Shown here one piece after another: positions 30,424-40,946 of a stretch of 64,000 nucleotides of DNA. Below the pieces are notes generated by a model, which worked only from the letters and a program-made list of their open reading frames with translations, ran no database searches and had not been told where the DNA came from. The translations under genes and the position numbers were made by a program. Source of the DNA: an uncultured bacterium (GTDB lineage Bacteria > Desulfobacterota_D > UBA1144 > Nemesobacterales > UBA2774). How positions within the stretch are numbered: position 1 is the stretch's first letter; every line of letters begins with the position of its first letter. The stretch lies in the NCBI GenBank assembly GCA_963705505.1, contig CAVPJU010000008.1:129774-193773 (forward strand), given 5' to 3'.

Positions 30424-31281
30424 ATGGGAAGGTTGGACAGACTTTTAAACAAGGCAGACGACTATAAGGAAGCGGGACGCTTCGAGGATGCTCTCAAAGA
30501 GCTCACGAAAGCCGTCAAGATCGCTCCCCGGGACCCGGACGTTTACCTGTCCTTCGCGCTCACTTACGACGCGATGGAGGATTTCCACTCATCTGTGTTC
30601 TATTTCAGGAAGGCGCTCGACCTGAACCCCGAAGACCCCTATATCTGGACCCAGCTCGGGATCACGCTTTCGAGGATGGGAAGGCACGGGGAATCGCTAA
30701 GGGCGTACCACGAAGCGCTCGAGTTCGACCCCGAGTACGTAATCGCCAAATGGCATATAGCCCTCACATACAGGTCAATCGGACTCTACGAGGACGCTCT
30801 CCGCTACTTTGAGGAGTGCAGGAATTCGGAGACAGAGATCGACTACATAAAGGACGAGATACGCTATCAGACGGGACTCTGCTACTTCGATATGGGATGG
30901 ACCAAAGAGGCGCTTTTCGAATTCAGGAAGCATCTGGAATCCTGCCCGAACGACGCCTGGGCACACATGTCCGTAGGCAACTGCTACTTCGACTTCGGAT
31001 GGATAGACGAATCGGCAGCGAAATTCAGGGAGGTAATCTCTCTCGCCCCCGAATTCATACCGGCCTATAACGCGCTTGCGCTTTCACTCGCGGAGAAGGG
31101 CTGGTACGACGAAGCGCTCGACGTGCTGAGGACGGCGCTCCAGATTTCTCCGGACGACGAGACAGTCAAGGACAATATGGACTACATTCAGTCACTCAAG
31201 GAAGACGACGACGGCGCGAAGGGCGTCATACTTTTGGGCCTGATTCTCCAGCTTATAAAAAGAAAGGAAATTTCCGACTGA
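30424..31281 (+). CDS. Tetratricopeptide repeat protein
   Basis: About seven consecutive TPR-like repeats. Confidence 0.85.
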   Translation: MGRLDRLLNKADDYKEAGRFEDALKELTKAVKIAPRDPDVYLSFALTYDAMEDFHSSVFYFRKALDLNPEDPYIWTQLGITLSRMGRHGESLRAYHEALEFDPEYVIAKWHIALTYRSIGLYEDALRYFEECRNSETEIDYIKDEIRYQTGLCYFDMGWTKEALFEFRKHLESCPNDAWAHMSVGNCYFDFGWIDESAAKFREVISLAPEFIPAYNALALSLAEKGWYDEALDVLRTALQISPDDETVKDNMDYIQSLKEDDDGAKGVILLGLILQLIKRKEISD

Positions 31282-31484
31282 GCCAACACCGGCTCGGGCA
31301 ATAAATTCTTCCACTACAGATTTACCCGCGAACTCCCCGCCTCTCCCGGTCAGCCTGAGACGTCCGTTATCAATACGTACCGGGCGGCCTCGGCTCACTG
31401 AGGAAATGAATGGAGCAATACCCGGAAAAACCGGCTAATATATATGAGCCGTACACAATGAGTCCCGTGACCGCACCGCAAATT

Positions 31485-32318
31485 ATGATACGCAAGAATA
31501 TTTCGTTGCTCCTCCTGCTGCTCTTGGCACCGGTCTTCGTATTGCTCCCGATCTCCCTTCCCTATCCGGCTCATACATGCCGAGCCCGCGCGGAAGAAGA
31601 CGCAGGCGTCCCCGTTTTCGGCTACGAGGTCGTAAACACATACCCGCACGACCGGGGTGCTTTCACGCAGGGTCTCCTCATCCATGACGGCATCCTCTAT
31701 GAAGGCACGGGGATTAAAGGCAGGTCGTCCTTGAGGAAAGTCGACCTCGAAACCGGAAAGGTGCTCAAGGAGCACGACATCCCCGGCGTATATTTCGGCG
31801 AGGGGATAGCGGTAGACGGGGGGAGGATAGTCCAGCTCACCTGGCAGTCGCATAAGGGTTTCGTTTACGACAGGAACACGTTCGAGCTTATTAAGACCTT
31901 CGACTACCCGACCGAGGGATGGGGGATCACCTATGACGGAAGGGACTTTATCATGAGCGACGGGAGCGCGACGCTTTATTTCCTCGACCCGGAGAGCTTC
32001 GGGGAAGTCGGCAGGCTCGAAGTCTATGACGACAAGGGCCCTGTCACGAGGCTCAACGAGCTCGAGTATGTAAAGGGAGAGGTTTTCGCGAACGTGTGGG
32101 GTTCTGACCGAATAGCGAGGATCGACCCCGAGACCGGACGGGTCACAGGGTGGATCGAGCTTGGCGGCCTCCTGAGCGCAGCCGACAGAAAAACCCCCGT
32201 CGACGTGCTCAACGGCATAGCCTATGACGACGAGACCGGAAGGTTTTTTGTAACGGGAAAGCTCTGGCCGAAGATTTTCGAAATAAAGATCGTGCCCAAA
32301 ACTGAAAAGAAATTATAG
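31485..32318 (+). CDS. Glutaminyl-peptide cyclotransferase (bacterial/plant type)
   Basis: YPHD..AFTQGL, FGEG, QLTW, EGWG, LNELE, VLNGIA, TGKLW; start uncertain (ORF track 31410). Confidence 0.92.
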   Translation: MIRKNISLLLLLLLAPVFVLLPISLPYPAHTCRARAEEDAGVPVFGYEVVNTYPHDRGAFTQGLLIHDGILYEGTGIKGRSSLRKVDLETGKVLKEHDIPGVYFGEGIAVDGGRIVQLTWQSHKGFVYDRNTFELIKTFDYPTEGWGITYDGRDFIMSDGSATLYFLDPESFGEVGRLEVYDDKGPVTRLNELEYVKGEVFANVWGSDRIARIDPETGRVTGWIELGGLLSAADRKTPVDVLNGIAYDDETGRFFVTGKLWPKIFEIKIVPKTEKKL

Positions 32319-32404
32319 AGACCGAATTCTTCTTCCTTCGCGTCTCGGTGCCCTGGCGGCCGGATAAGCCCGATCAGAGAGCACACATAATGTTTGTGCA
32401 CCGT

Positions 32405-32644
32405 CTATTTAAAGAGGGGCTGGTCTTCCTGCTCCTGGGTCTGGAGCGGTGATACTTCCGACTCAATCTCTTCTTCTTCCTCGGGGTTATACTTGTTATC
32501 CAGGGACTGGGGCTCCGACCTGTCCTCGAGTGTATCGGTGGAGGCAGGCTCCGCGGGGCCGGCTATATCCTGATCGACCGTGGCGCAGGAATAGATGCTT
32601 ACCGGAGAAACGAGCAGCAATAAGGCAAAGAACATTTTTCTCAT
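32405..32644 (-). CDS. Small acidic putative lipoprotein
   Basis: Signal peptide ending IYSC followed by an acidic low-complexity tail. Confidence 0.6.
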   Translation of the reverse strand: MRKMFFALLLLVSPVSIYSCATVDQDIAGPAEPASTDTLEDRSEPQSLDNKYNPEEEEEIESEVSPLQTQEQEDQPLFK

Positions 32645-32736
32645 ATGCGATTGATCCTTGTTCCGTAATTTTTATATCCGGACGAATTTCTACCGATAAT
32701 ATACCACCATTCGGCAAGGACTTACTTTTTTATTTT

Positions 32737-33663
32737 TTACTTACCGTCCCTCTCCACCCCGGATATCCTTTCGAGAGCGAGTAAGAGGGCCTGCGTCCCC
32801 AGGCGTCCGTGCCCCTGCGCCTTAGCCGCCACGTAGAGCTGCCTCACGAGCGAAAGGCCCGGCAGCACGAGGTTCATCCTGTCGGCCTCCTTTAGGGCGA
32901 TTCCCATGTCCTTTATGAAGTGCTCGATATAGAACCCCGGGCTGAAGTCCCTTTTCAAGATCCTGGGCGCCAGGTTGTCGAGCATCCAGCACGCGGCAGC
33001 GCCCTTGCCGACCGACATGAGCATCGTTTCAGGATCGAGCCCCGCCCTATATGCGTATAGCAGGGTCTCGCACATACCTACCATGAGTGCAGCCGCCATG
33101 ATCTGGTTGCACATCTTCGTGTGCTGCCCGGACCCCGCCCCGCCCTGATACACTATGTTCCTGCCCATGAGCTCGAAGAGGGGCATCACGGCATCGAAAA
33201 TCTCCCTGTCCCCGCCCGCCATTATGGAGAGCTTTCCGTCCCTCGCCCCGACGTCGCCCCCCGAAACGGGCGCGTCTATCGCCGACGCCCCCGCCTTCTT
33301 CGCCGCCGAATAAATCTCCTCCGCAAGGGACGGCTCGGTCGTAGTCATGTCGATGATAATGCTCCCCTTCCTCAGCCCCTTGAATATTCCATCGTCGCCG
33401 AAATAGACCTCCCTAACGTCGTGAGGGAACCCGACAATAGTGAATACGACGTCCGACATCCCTGCCGCATCTTTCGGCGACTCCGCCCACACCGCGCCAG
33501 CTTCGATTAATTTTTCAGCCTTTTCTTTCGTCCTGTTATATACGGTGGTCTTATAGCCTTTCTTCACGAGATGCATGCACATGGAGCTGCCCATCACTCC
33601 CGTCCCTATCCAGCCTATACTCGTCTTATCCGGGCTTATATTCGTCACTGCCATTTTCAGCAC
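32737..33663 (-). CDS. 3-hydroxyisobutyrate dehydrogenase / tartronate semialdehyde reductase family oxidoreductase
   Basis: GWIGTGVMG, DAPVSGGD, GQHTKMCNQ, KDM motifs; true start may be ATG 33654. Confidence 0.9.
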   Translation of the reverse strand: MLKMAVTNISPDKTSIGWIGTGVMGSSMCMHLVKKGYKTTVYNRTKEKAEKLIEAGAVWAESPKDAAGMSDVVFTIVGFPHDVREVYFGDDGIFKGLRKGSIIIDMTTTEPSLAEEIYSAAKKAGASAIDAPVSGGDVGARDGKLSIMAGGDREIFDAVMPLFELMGRNIVYQGGAGSGQHTKMCNQIMAAALMVGMCETLLYAYRAGLDPETMLMSVGKGAAACWMLDNLAPRILKRDFSPGFYIEHFIKDMGIALKEADRMNLVLPGLSLVRQLYVAAKAQGHGRLGTQALLLALERISGVERDGK

Positions 33664-33820
33664 CTCCTTAAGCGTCTCATAATATCAACTCCGCCAGCCT
33701 GTGTAAAGTTTACAGGTGAAAAGTTTAACGGAGTGCCCGATTGTTTTTATGCGGCGCGTATGGGAAACTAGATTTGAATCCCTGCCGCAATTCTTCCAGA
33801 GCGCGGCGAGGCCGTGACCC

Positions 33821-36481
33821 ATGGACAAGATGCCCGAGCCCACAGCGAAGCAGAGGGAGATACTCGACGCCCCCGGGGACGTGCTCGTCACGGCTAACCC
33901 CGGCACGGGGAAGACTTTCCTCCTCTCCCATAAATACCTGAAAGCGGTCAGGGACGGGATACCTCCCGAAGAGATACTCTGTCTCACTTTCACGGACAAG
34001 GCCAGGAGAGAGATGGAAGAGAGGATAATCAATCTCCTCACCGAGAGCGGCATAAAGCCCGACATTTCGAAGTTGAATATCTACACGTTCCACTCATACG
34101 CGCTTGAAAACCTGGAGCGCGGCAGCATCATCTCGTCGAACTTGCTGAGGTTCTCCGTTTACAGGTACATGGCGGACGAGGAGGTTTTCAATTACGCCTC
34201 CCCCTATCTCCTCGACACTATAGTGCCCAAGGTCGAGAACCTGATACGCTACCTCAAGTCATTCGGCATAACGCCCGAAAAAATAAAACTCGAAAAGACC
34301 CTGCCTCTCCTCGAAGGGGATAAAAAGACCGGAAAAGAAGAGAAGGAGATGTTCGCGGAAGAGTTCGTAAGAATCTTCGAGCGCTACGAGGAGGCGAAGA
34401 AGGGCGCGGGCATGGACTATGCCGACCTCCTCATAAATTTTCTCAGGCTGAATGACATCCCCGAATACGAGCTCGTGCTCGTGGACGAGCTCCAGGACGT
34501 CAATAGCATGGAGGCCAGGATCGCCATAGAATCCGGAAGAACGTTCTTCGCGGTCGGCGACAAGAAACAGGCAATATTCGGATTCCAGGGTGGCTCCATA
34601 CTCAACTTCCGCATGTTCGAAGACTCATCGCATTTCATACTGTCCGAGAACTGGAGGAGCACGGACGAGATACTCTCCTACGCGAGGGAGTATTTCGTAT
34701 CGAAGACAAAGGACGAGTCTCACGGGAAGGATCTGAAGGAGCTCAAAAGCGCGGGAGGGCTCACGGGAGAAAAGCCCGTCATATTCCCCGTGGAGAAGAG
34801 GCTAGTCCCGGCAGCGGTCGCAGAGCTCGTGAAGCGCTGCGCCGATGACGAAGGGAGCATCGCGATTATCGTAAGGACGAACGGCCAGATCATGGAGATA
34901 TCGAGGGAGCTCACGATGGAGAATATCCCCTTCTCATCGACGTTCCTCACCGCGTCAAACGAAGCGAGGACGAGCATTATTAAATACCTCCAGGGAATGC
35001 TGAGTAACGACATCCAGACCATCAAAAACGCTCTCGTTACTCCATTTGCGCCTGTATCGCTGCAGGACGCTTTTGACATTCTGGATGACCGCGACGCCAC
35101 CCCGGATACGTTGCGTGAAAAAGCGCCTGCTTTCATGGCGGAAAGGGAAACGCTCAATTCCATCGAGGACGTTGACCGTCTTTTCAGGGACAAAATTATC
35201 CCGGTCGCGTCCTCTTACGGGCGCGAATACTTCACTGCGGCTATAAATTTACAAGAGGCTTTTCAAGAAGCCCTTCTTTTTATCAGCGACATGAACCGCG
35301 AGAGCCTTCTCGCATATCTGCGCACAGCAGACCTTACATCGGACGAGCTCGAGACCGAGAGCAGGGTCACGCTCACTACCGTTCACAAGGCGAAGGGGAA
35401 GGAGTACGACACGGTGATATACGCTCCTTTTACGCCGCCTGACAGATCGAATTATCAGGACGAGGTTGTCGAGGCGATCCTCAAAGTCGAAGGCATAGAT
35501 GCTGAGGAGGAACTGGAGGAAGAGACCCTCCGAATAAATTTTGTCGCATTCACACGCGCGAAAAGGAAGCTCATCGTCGTGACGGATAAATTTTCCGAAT
35601 TCATTAACGCTTATGCCGACGAGGGAAATCTCGAAGTGAGCGCCGAGAGGGATATAGATTTCGACGAATCCCGAAAGAAAGCGTTCGCCTGTTTCGTCAG
35701 CGGCGAGTTTGATCGGGCGAAGGAGATGCTCGAAAGGAAGGAGAGCTGGCTCTCCGATTATGTAAAAAATTTCTTCGGCACGCTCACGAGTATCTCATTC
35801 TCGTCCGTTAACAATACAGCGTACGAGTTCCTGGTGAATTACATCCTGAGAATCAGGGAGGACACGAAAGGCCTCACGACGGGTCTAAGCGTCCACGCCA
35901 TAGCCGACGAGCTCATAAAGAAGGGCGAATGCGAATGCGCGCCCGAGCTCGAGCAGTTCAAAGAAAACATTACGAGACTCTTAGAAACTATTAAGCGGAA
36001 TTACCCCGAGAGCCACGCGACAGAGATGAGCTTCAGAGTTCCCCTGGGCGGTCTCATAGACACGGACGATCAGATTCTCTTCACCGGATTCATCGACGCG
36101 ATATTCAGGAACGGTGACTCCTACCTGATAGTGGACTGGAAGACGGATAAGAATACCGGAAGAGGCTCCGATCACCGCCAGCAGCTGGAAGCCTACAGGA
36201 GGGCATTCTGTCTGGCCAACCACCTCGACCCGGAGAAGGTCAAGGTCTCGATAGGATTCGTCGGCCTGAGACCGGGGCTTAATACAGGAACAATCGAGTG
36301 CGAGCTCGACGAGAAGCAGCCGAAAAAGACGGCGTTCGAGACGTTCACGAAAAAAGTAGGCAACATACTCAGGTGGAAAAAGGACCCTGAATCGTTCTTC
36401 CATGAAATACTCGAAGCCGAAATCAACGACCCCCTCTGGCGAAGCATCGCCGAGCAGTACATGAGGGAGAGGAACAGATAA
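33821..36481 (+). CDS. UvrD/AddA-like SF1 helicase with C-terminal PD-(D/E)XK nuclease
   Basis: ANPGTGKT, DELQD, GDKKQAIFGFQG, ENWRS, TVHKAKGKE, VAFTRAK; nuclease motifs GFID...DWKT...QLEAY. Confidence 0.9.
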   Translation: MDKMPEPTAKQREILDAPGDVLVTANPGTGKTFLLSHKYLKAVRDGIPPEEILCLTFTDKARREMEERIINLLTESGIKPDISKLNIYTFHSYALENLERGSIISSNLLRFSVYRYMADEEVFNYASPYLLDTIVPKVENLIRYLKSFGITPEKIKLEKTLPLLEGDKKTGKEEKEMFAEEFVRIFERYEEAKKGAGMDYADLLINFLRLNDIPEYELVLVDELQDVNSMEARIAIESGRTFFAVGDKKQAIFGFQGGSILNFRMFEDSSHFILSENWRSTDEILSYAREYFVSKTKDESHGKDLKELKSAGGLTGEKPVIFPVEKRLVPAAVAELVKRCADDEGSIAIIVRTNGQIMEISRELTMENIPFSSTFLTASNEARTSIIKYLQGMLSNDIQTIKNALVTPFAPVSLQDAFDILDDRDATPDTLREKAPAFMAERETLNSIEDVDRLFRDKIIPVASSYGREYFTAAINLQEAFQEALLFISDMNRESLLAYLRTADLTSDELETESRVTLTTVHKAKGKEYDTVIYAPFTPPDRSNYQDEVVEAILKVEGIDAEEELEEETLRINFVAFTRAKRKLIVVTDKFSEFINAYADEGNLEVSAERDIDFDESRKKAFACFVSGEFDRAKEMLERKESWLSDYVKNFFGTLTSISFSSVNNTAYEFLVNYILRIREDTKGLTTGLSVHAIADELIKKGECECAPELEQFKENITRLLETIKRNYPESHATEMSFRVPLGGLIDTDDQILFTGFIDAIFRNGDSYLIVDWKTDKNTGRGSDHRQQLEAYRRAFCLANHLDPEKVKVSIGFVGLRPGLNTGTIECELDEKQPKKTAFETFTKKVGNILRWKKDPESFFHEILEAEINDPLWRSIAEQYMRERNR

Positions 36482-36657
36482 TCCGGTTCGGTTCTCCGGC
36501 CTATCCCCCGCATAATCAATTCAAATTTCGTTGGCTCGTTTCTTCATTTTATGTTAGGCTTGCTGACAGCAAGTAACCGCCTGACTGTTTACGGGTTGAC
36601 GCTGTTTTAATCGAGCGGCAAACTCTCATTTATGGGCGGAGAGAGGAGGAGAAGGGA

Positions 36658-37179
36658 GTGAGGAATACGTTCTCAAAAGTCCTCTTATGGCTTTTCGTAT
36701 TAAATCTCGGGATCGCATTCGGCGCGGGTCTTTACGAGTCTTTGATCGTCGTCCCTGAGTGGTTCAGCTCCTCGCCCGGGTCCCCCGCCATGTGGAACGC
36801 CGCGGCTGCGCAGGGAGCCGATACAGGGCAACACTTCTGGTTATTCGTAACGACGGTCCCGCTTTCTTTGCTCACCCTGGCAAACCTGTGGGCAGCGTGG
36901 CGGTCCAAAGGGAAAGTACGCACCTGGTGGATGACCGCGTCCCTTTTAGCGGTGGCCGAGAGGGCATCCGCGTTCATCTACTTCATTCCGACAATGCTCC
37001 AGCTGATGCAGGATCAGGGCATGTCTCAGTCAGACGCTACGGCTATGGCTCTGCAGTGGGCGGACCTCAATTACTTCCGTCACGCACTCGTACTTCTGGC
37101 GTGGATCGCGGCGCTGAGGGCGCTGTCCATGTCTGGGGGGAGAGAGGTTTTCGTACGCCGCTTCGGTCCGTACAGATAA
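36658..37179 (+). CDS. DUF1772 (anthrone oxygenase-like) membrane protein
   Basis: GAGLYE..+VVP.W, four hydrophobic helices, W..LNY.R; strong SD. Confidence 0.72.
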   Translation: MRNTFSKVLLWLFVLNLGIAFGAGLYESLIVVPEWFSSSPGSPAMWNAAAAQGADTGQHFWLFVTTVPLSLLTLANLWAAWRSKGKVRTWWMTASLLAVAERASAFIYFIPTMLQLMQDQGMSQSDATAMALQWADLNYFRHALVLLAWIAALRALSMSGGREVFVRRFGPYR

Positions 37180-37227
37180 GGGAGTAAACAAACGTGGGCC
37201 CGAATATTATCTTGTAACAGCTATCCC

Positions 37228-39750
37228 TCACCCCCTCGCCTTCCTGTAAAAGATCCTCTTCGCGATTTCGGCTGTGATCACGTATAAGACCACTATCACG
37301 CCCAGCGCAATGAGGAATGACGGCGGGAGCGGATGAAAATTAAATAGGTATGCGAGGCGGGAATACGGCAGGTAAAGCGTCCCGCAAATGACGAGAAATA
37401 TTACGAGCGCGAGGTATTTCCCGGGCCTGCTCCGGAGAAACGGCCTCCTTGACCTTATAACGAGGATTATCATCGTCGCCGATATGACAGACTCGATGAA
37501 CCACCCGGTCCTGAACTGGTCCGTCGTCGCATGGAATATGAAGAGCAGCACGCCGAAGGTCATGTAATCGAATATCGAGCTTACGAGTCCGAAGGTCGCC
37601 ATGAAGTTCCTTATAAAATGTATGTCCCACCGCCTGGGCTTCTCCACCATTTCGGGGTCGACGCTGTCCCCGGCTATAGTCATCTCGGGGAGATCCGTCA
37701 TCAGGTTCGTGAGCAGTATCTGCTTAGGAAGCAGGGGCAGGAAGCTGAGGAATAAAGAAGCCCCCGCCATGCTGAACATGTTCCCGAAATTGGCGCTCGT
37801 CGCCATGAAAACGTATTTCAGCGTGTTCGCGAAGGTCACCCTCCCCTCCTTCACTCCGTTCACGAGCACGCCGAGGTCCATCTTGAGCAGCACTATGTCG
37901 GCCGCCTGCTTGGCGACGTCGACAGCGCTGTCGACAGAGATGCTCACGTCGGCGGCGTGGAGCGCGGAGGCGTCGTTTATACCGTCCCCCATGTAGCCTA
38001 CGACGTTCCCCGCCTTCTTCAGCGAGTTTATTATCCGCTCCTTCTGGCTGGGCTCGACCTCGGCAAAGATGTTATAGTGGTTCACCATCTTAAGGAGCGC
38101 ATCGTTACTCATCTCGAGAAGCTCCTTGCCGGTGACAGCCTGCGGGTCCGGGAGCCCTACTTCCCGGCTCACGTGCAGCGCAACCTCCCGGCTGTCCCCC
38201 GTCACCACCTTGAGCTCTATCCCCAAGCTCTCGAGCTCGTTTATCGTCTCCGTCACATCCTCTTTCGGAGGGTCGTAGAGTGAGATAAATCCGAGGAAAG
38301 TCATGTCCGTCTCAAAGTCCTTCGTTATGAGGCTCTCGCGGATACCCCTCCTCAATGAAACTCCCAGCACGCGGAACCCCTGCCCGCAGAGTCCGGCGAA
38401 GTGCTGCTCGATCTTGTCCCTCACCGTCTCGATGTCCGCGACACCACCGCCCGAGACCTCCGCTCGAGAGCACACGGACAGCACATTATGGAGCGCCCCC
38501 TTCGTCACCATTATGTTCTCCCCGTCCTTCGAGACGAGTATGCTCAGCCTCTTGCGGCTGAAATCGTAGGGCACCTCGTCCAATTTTTTATAACCCGCGA
38601 GATCGAATTTACCGGCCGTGCGGATAGCCTCGTCTATCGGGTTCCTGAAGCCAGTCTCGAAAAACGCATTGAGATATGCGTGGAACAGCACGTTTTCACT
38701 TTCGGCCCCGTCCACGTCCACGGCGGATTGCAGGTCAACCTCCCCCTTCGTGAGTGTGCCGGTCTTATCCGAGCAGAGGACGTTCATGCTCCCGAAATTC
38801 TCGATTGAGCTCAAGCGCTTCACTATCACGCTCTCAAGGGCCATCCGCTTTGCGCCCCTCGCGAGGTTGATGCTGATGATTACGGGAAGGAGCTGAGGCG
38901 TGAGGCCCACGGCTATCGCGAGCGAAAAGAGGAACGAATCGAGGACAGGGCGCTCGAAATAGACGTTGACCGCGAATATAACGATCACGAGCATTAGAGT
39001 GACCTCCATCAGGAAATAGCCGAACCTCCTCACGCCGTGCTGGAATTCGGTTTCGGGAGGTCTCAGCTTGAGCTTCTCCGAAATCTCCCCGAATAGGGTG
39101 TCCTTCCCGGTATGCACGACAGCCGCGCCCGCGGTCCCGCTCACTACAGAGGTGCCCATGAATAGAGTATTCGTCCGCTTGCTGAGGGGGGTGTCCGCGG
39201 GGAGCACGCCGGCCGATTTCTCAACCGGGTACGTCTCGCCCGTGAGAGTCGCCTCGTTTACGAAGAGGTCCTTCGAATCCAGTATCCGGCAGTCACCCGG
39301 AATGATCCCGCCCGCCGAGAGCAATACGATATCCCCCGGCACCACGTCCTCAAGCGGTATCTCGGAGGCGGTCCCGTCCCTGAGCACCGTCGCCTTTACC
39401 CTGACCATGTTGAGGAGCTTTTTAACGGCGTTTGCCGCCCCGTGCTCCTGCCAGAAGCCCAGCAGCCCGCTTATGAGGACTATCGCCACTATGATGAGCG
39501 CGTCAACGGGGCTGCTCAGAAAGAAAGAGAGCACGGCAGCGAAAAGGAGGATAATAATTATCGGGCTCTTGAACTGCGAAAGTAAAATGGGGAGCCAGGC
39601 CGTCTCGACCGAGGGCTTGAGCAGGTTCTTCCCGTTACTCTCCGCCCTCTTTCCGGCTTCTCCGCTCCCTAAACCATTGGGCGTCGTCCCCAGCCTCTCG
39701 AGGAGCCCGCTTTCAGAGACGCTCCAGAATTCATCCGTATGGCGTTGCAT
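37228..39750 (-). CDS. mgtA: Magnesium-translocating P-type ATPase
   Basis: TGET, AVGLTPQLLP, DKTGTLT, KGA, GDGIND, SANFGNMFS motifs. Confidence 0.92.
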   Translation of the reverse strand: MQRHTDEFWSVSESGLLERLGTTPNGLGSGEAGKRAESNGKNLLKPSVETAWLPILLSQFKSPIIIILLFAAVLSFFLSSPVDALIIVAIVLISGLLGFWQEHGAANAVKKLLNMVRVKATVLRDGTASEIPLEDVVPGDIVLLSAGGIIPGDCRILDSKDLFVNEATLTGETYPVEKSAGVLPADTPLSKRTNTLFMGTSVVSGTAGAAVVHTGKDTLFGEISEKLKLRPPETEFQHGVRRFGYFLMEVTLMLVIVIFAVNVYFERPVLDSFLFSLAIAVGLTPQLLPVIISINLARGAKRMALESVIVKRLSSIENFGSMNVLCSDKTGTLTKGEVDLQSAVDVDGAESENVLFHAYLNAFFETGFRNPIDEAIRTAGKFDLAGYKKLDEVPYDFSRKRLSILVSKDGENIMVTKGALHNVLSVCSRAEVSGGGVADIETVRDKIEQHFAGLCGQGFRVLGVSLRRGIRESLITKDFETDMTFLGFISLYDPPKEDVTETINELESLGIELKVVTGDSREVALHVSREVGLPDPQAVTGKELLEMSNDALLKMVNHYNIFAEVEPSQKERIINSLKKAGNVVGYMGDGINDASALHAADVSISVDSAVDVAKQAADIVLLKMDLGVLVNGVKEGRVTFANTLKYVFMATSANFGNMFSMAGASLFLSFLPLLPKQILLTNLMTDLPEMTIAGDSVDPEMVEKPRRWDIHFIRNFMATFGLVSSIFDYMTFGVLLFIFHATTDQFRTGWFIESVISATMIILVIRSRRPFLRSRPGKYLALVIFLVICGTLYLPYSRLAYLFNFHPLPPSFLIALGVIVVLYVITAEIAKRIFYRKARG

Positions 39751-39851
39751 TTCGGAATATCCTCAATAACCGACCATTATAACAAGTATCCCGGATTCAG
39801 CAGTCTTTTCCATGCATTTCGTCCCGCGACATAGCTACCGGAGAAAGCCCT

Positions 39852-40719
39852 TCATTCTCTTCCCTTCGCCGTTAACCGCTTTCGCCAGACCATGTATGCC
39901 GCGCTCAGACCCATAAAGACGATCAGGTACGGAATAAGAAAGGGGAGCGGCCTTATCGGGAGGGAAGTTAATCTGGGCAATAACCAGGGCGAATCCGGGG
40001 TTGCGTCCTGCCGCCTCGAGCGCAAGCGCGGTCCGTTCCCCCGACTGCTCGGGAACAGAGAAATGGCCAATCGAAAGCGCTGAGACAAGGAACGCGATGA
40101 TCGCGATATATGAGCTTATCTTCATTTCGAATATAAACCGTATTGTTAATGGTAATATGAGAAGTATCATAAGCGCCAGGAGTATCCAGCCGAATCTCGA
40201 AAGCGGAAGCACCATTCTGTCAGCAGCAACGGGGAAGCGCGCTCTCAGAACGAGGCCGAGACCTACCGGAAGGATAACGATTTTCAAAACGATCTTCGCG
40301 ATCTCGGCGGGATCCACGCTCGCGGAAAACCCGAGAGCCCTCGACATCAGAGCGAGCGTTATCGGGGTAGTGATTATCGAGAGCAGCGCCAGAGAGAAGT
40401 GAAGGCTCGCTATGTAGTCGAGCTTCCCCGAGGCCTTCGATACCCTGAGCAGCATCAACGGAGCCGCCGGCGAGGATACGAGGATAGCCAGGCCGACGGC
40501 AGCTTTATCGGGAGGATGCAAAAGAAATACTATCAGCAGCGCGGCGAGAGGCACAAGGACGATCACAGCGAGGAGCGACCTCAGAAAAAGGACAGATTTA
40601 TCCCTGAAAAACATGAGATGGGAGGGAGCCATGAGGAGCCCCGTCGAAAACATGAGGCAGAGCACCGCGACGAACGTGCCCGCTTTGATTATTTCCGGAT
40701 ACAGCTCGGGTGATATCAT
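39852..40719 (-). CDS. Bile acid:sodium symporter family transporter, with an apparent +1 frameshift near 39945
   Basis: Hydrophobic helices with ALEAAGRNPG motif; the final TM helix PFLIPYLIVFMGLSAAYMVWRKR lies in an adjacent frame ending at 39852. Confidence 0.78.
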
Positions 40720-40946
40720 GACTGTTGTCCGCCTGAAGACAGAATATTAAATCGAAACCCTTGCCGGGTAAATTCAGTCCTGATAATACACTTTTTTATC
40801 CGGTAGGGGTACAATTGAAACGAGTCACAAGAAAGGGGTGAAACCAGGATGGCATCCGAAGAAAAAGATGCAGGTCTCTGCGAGCACCGGAAAGAGCATG
40901 CAGACAATCAGTCTTAACGCGGGCGGATCCGGGAGGGACAGCGGTC

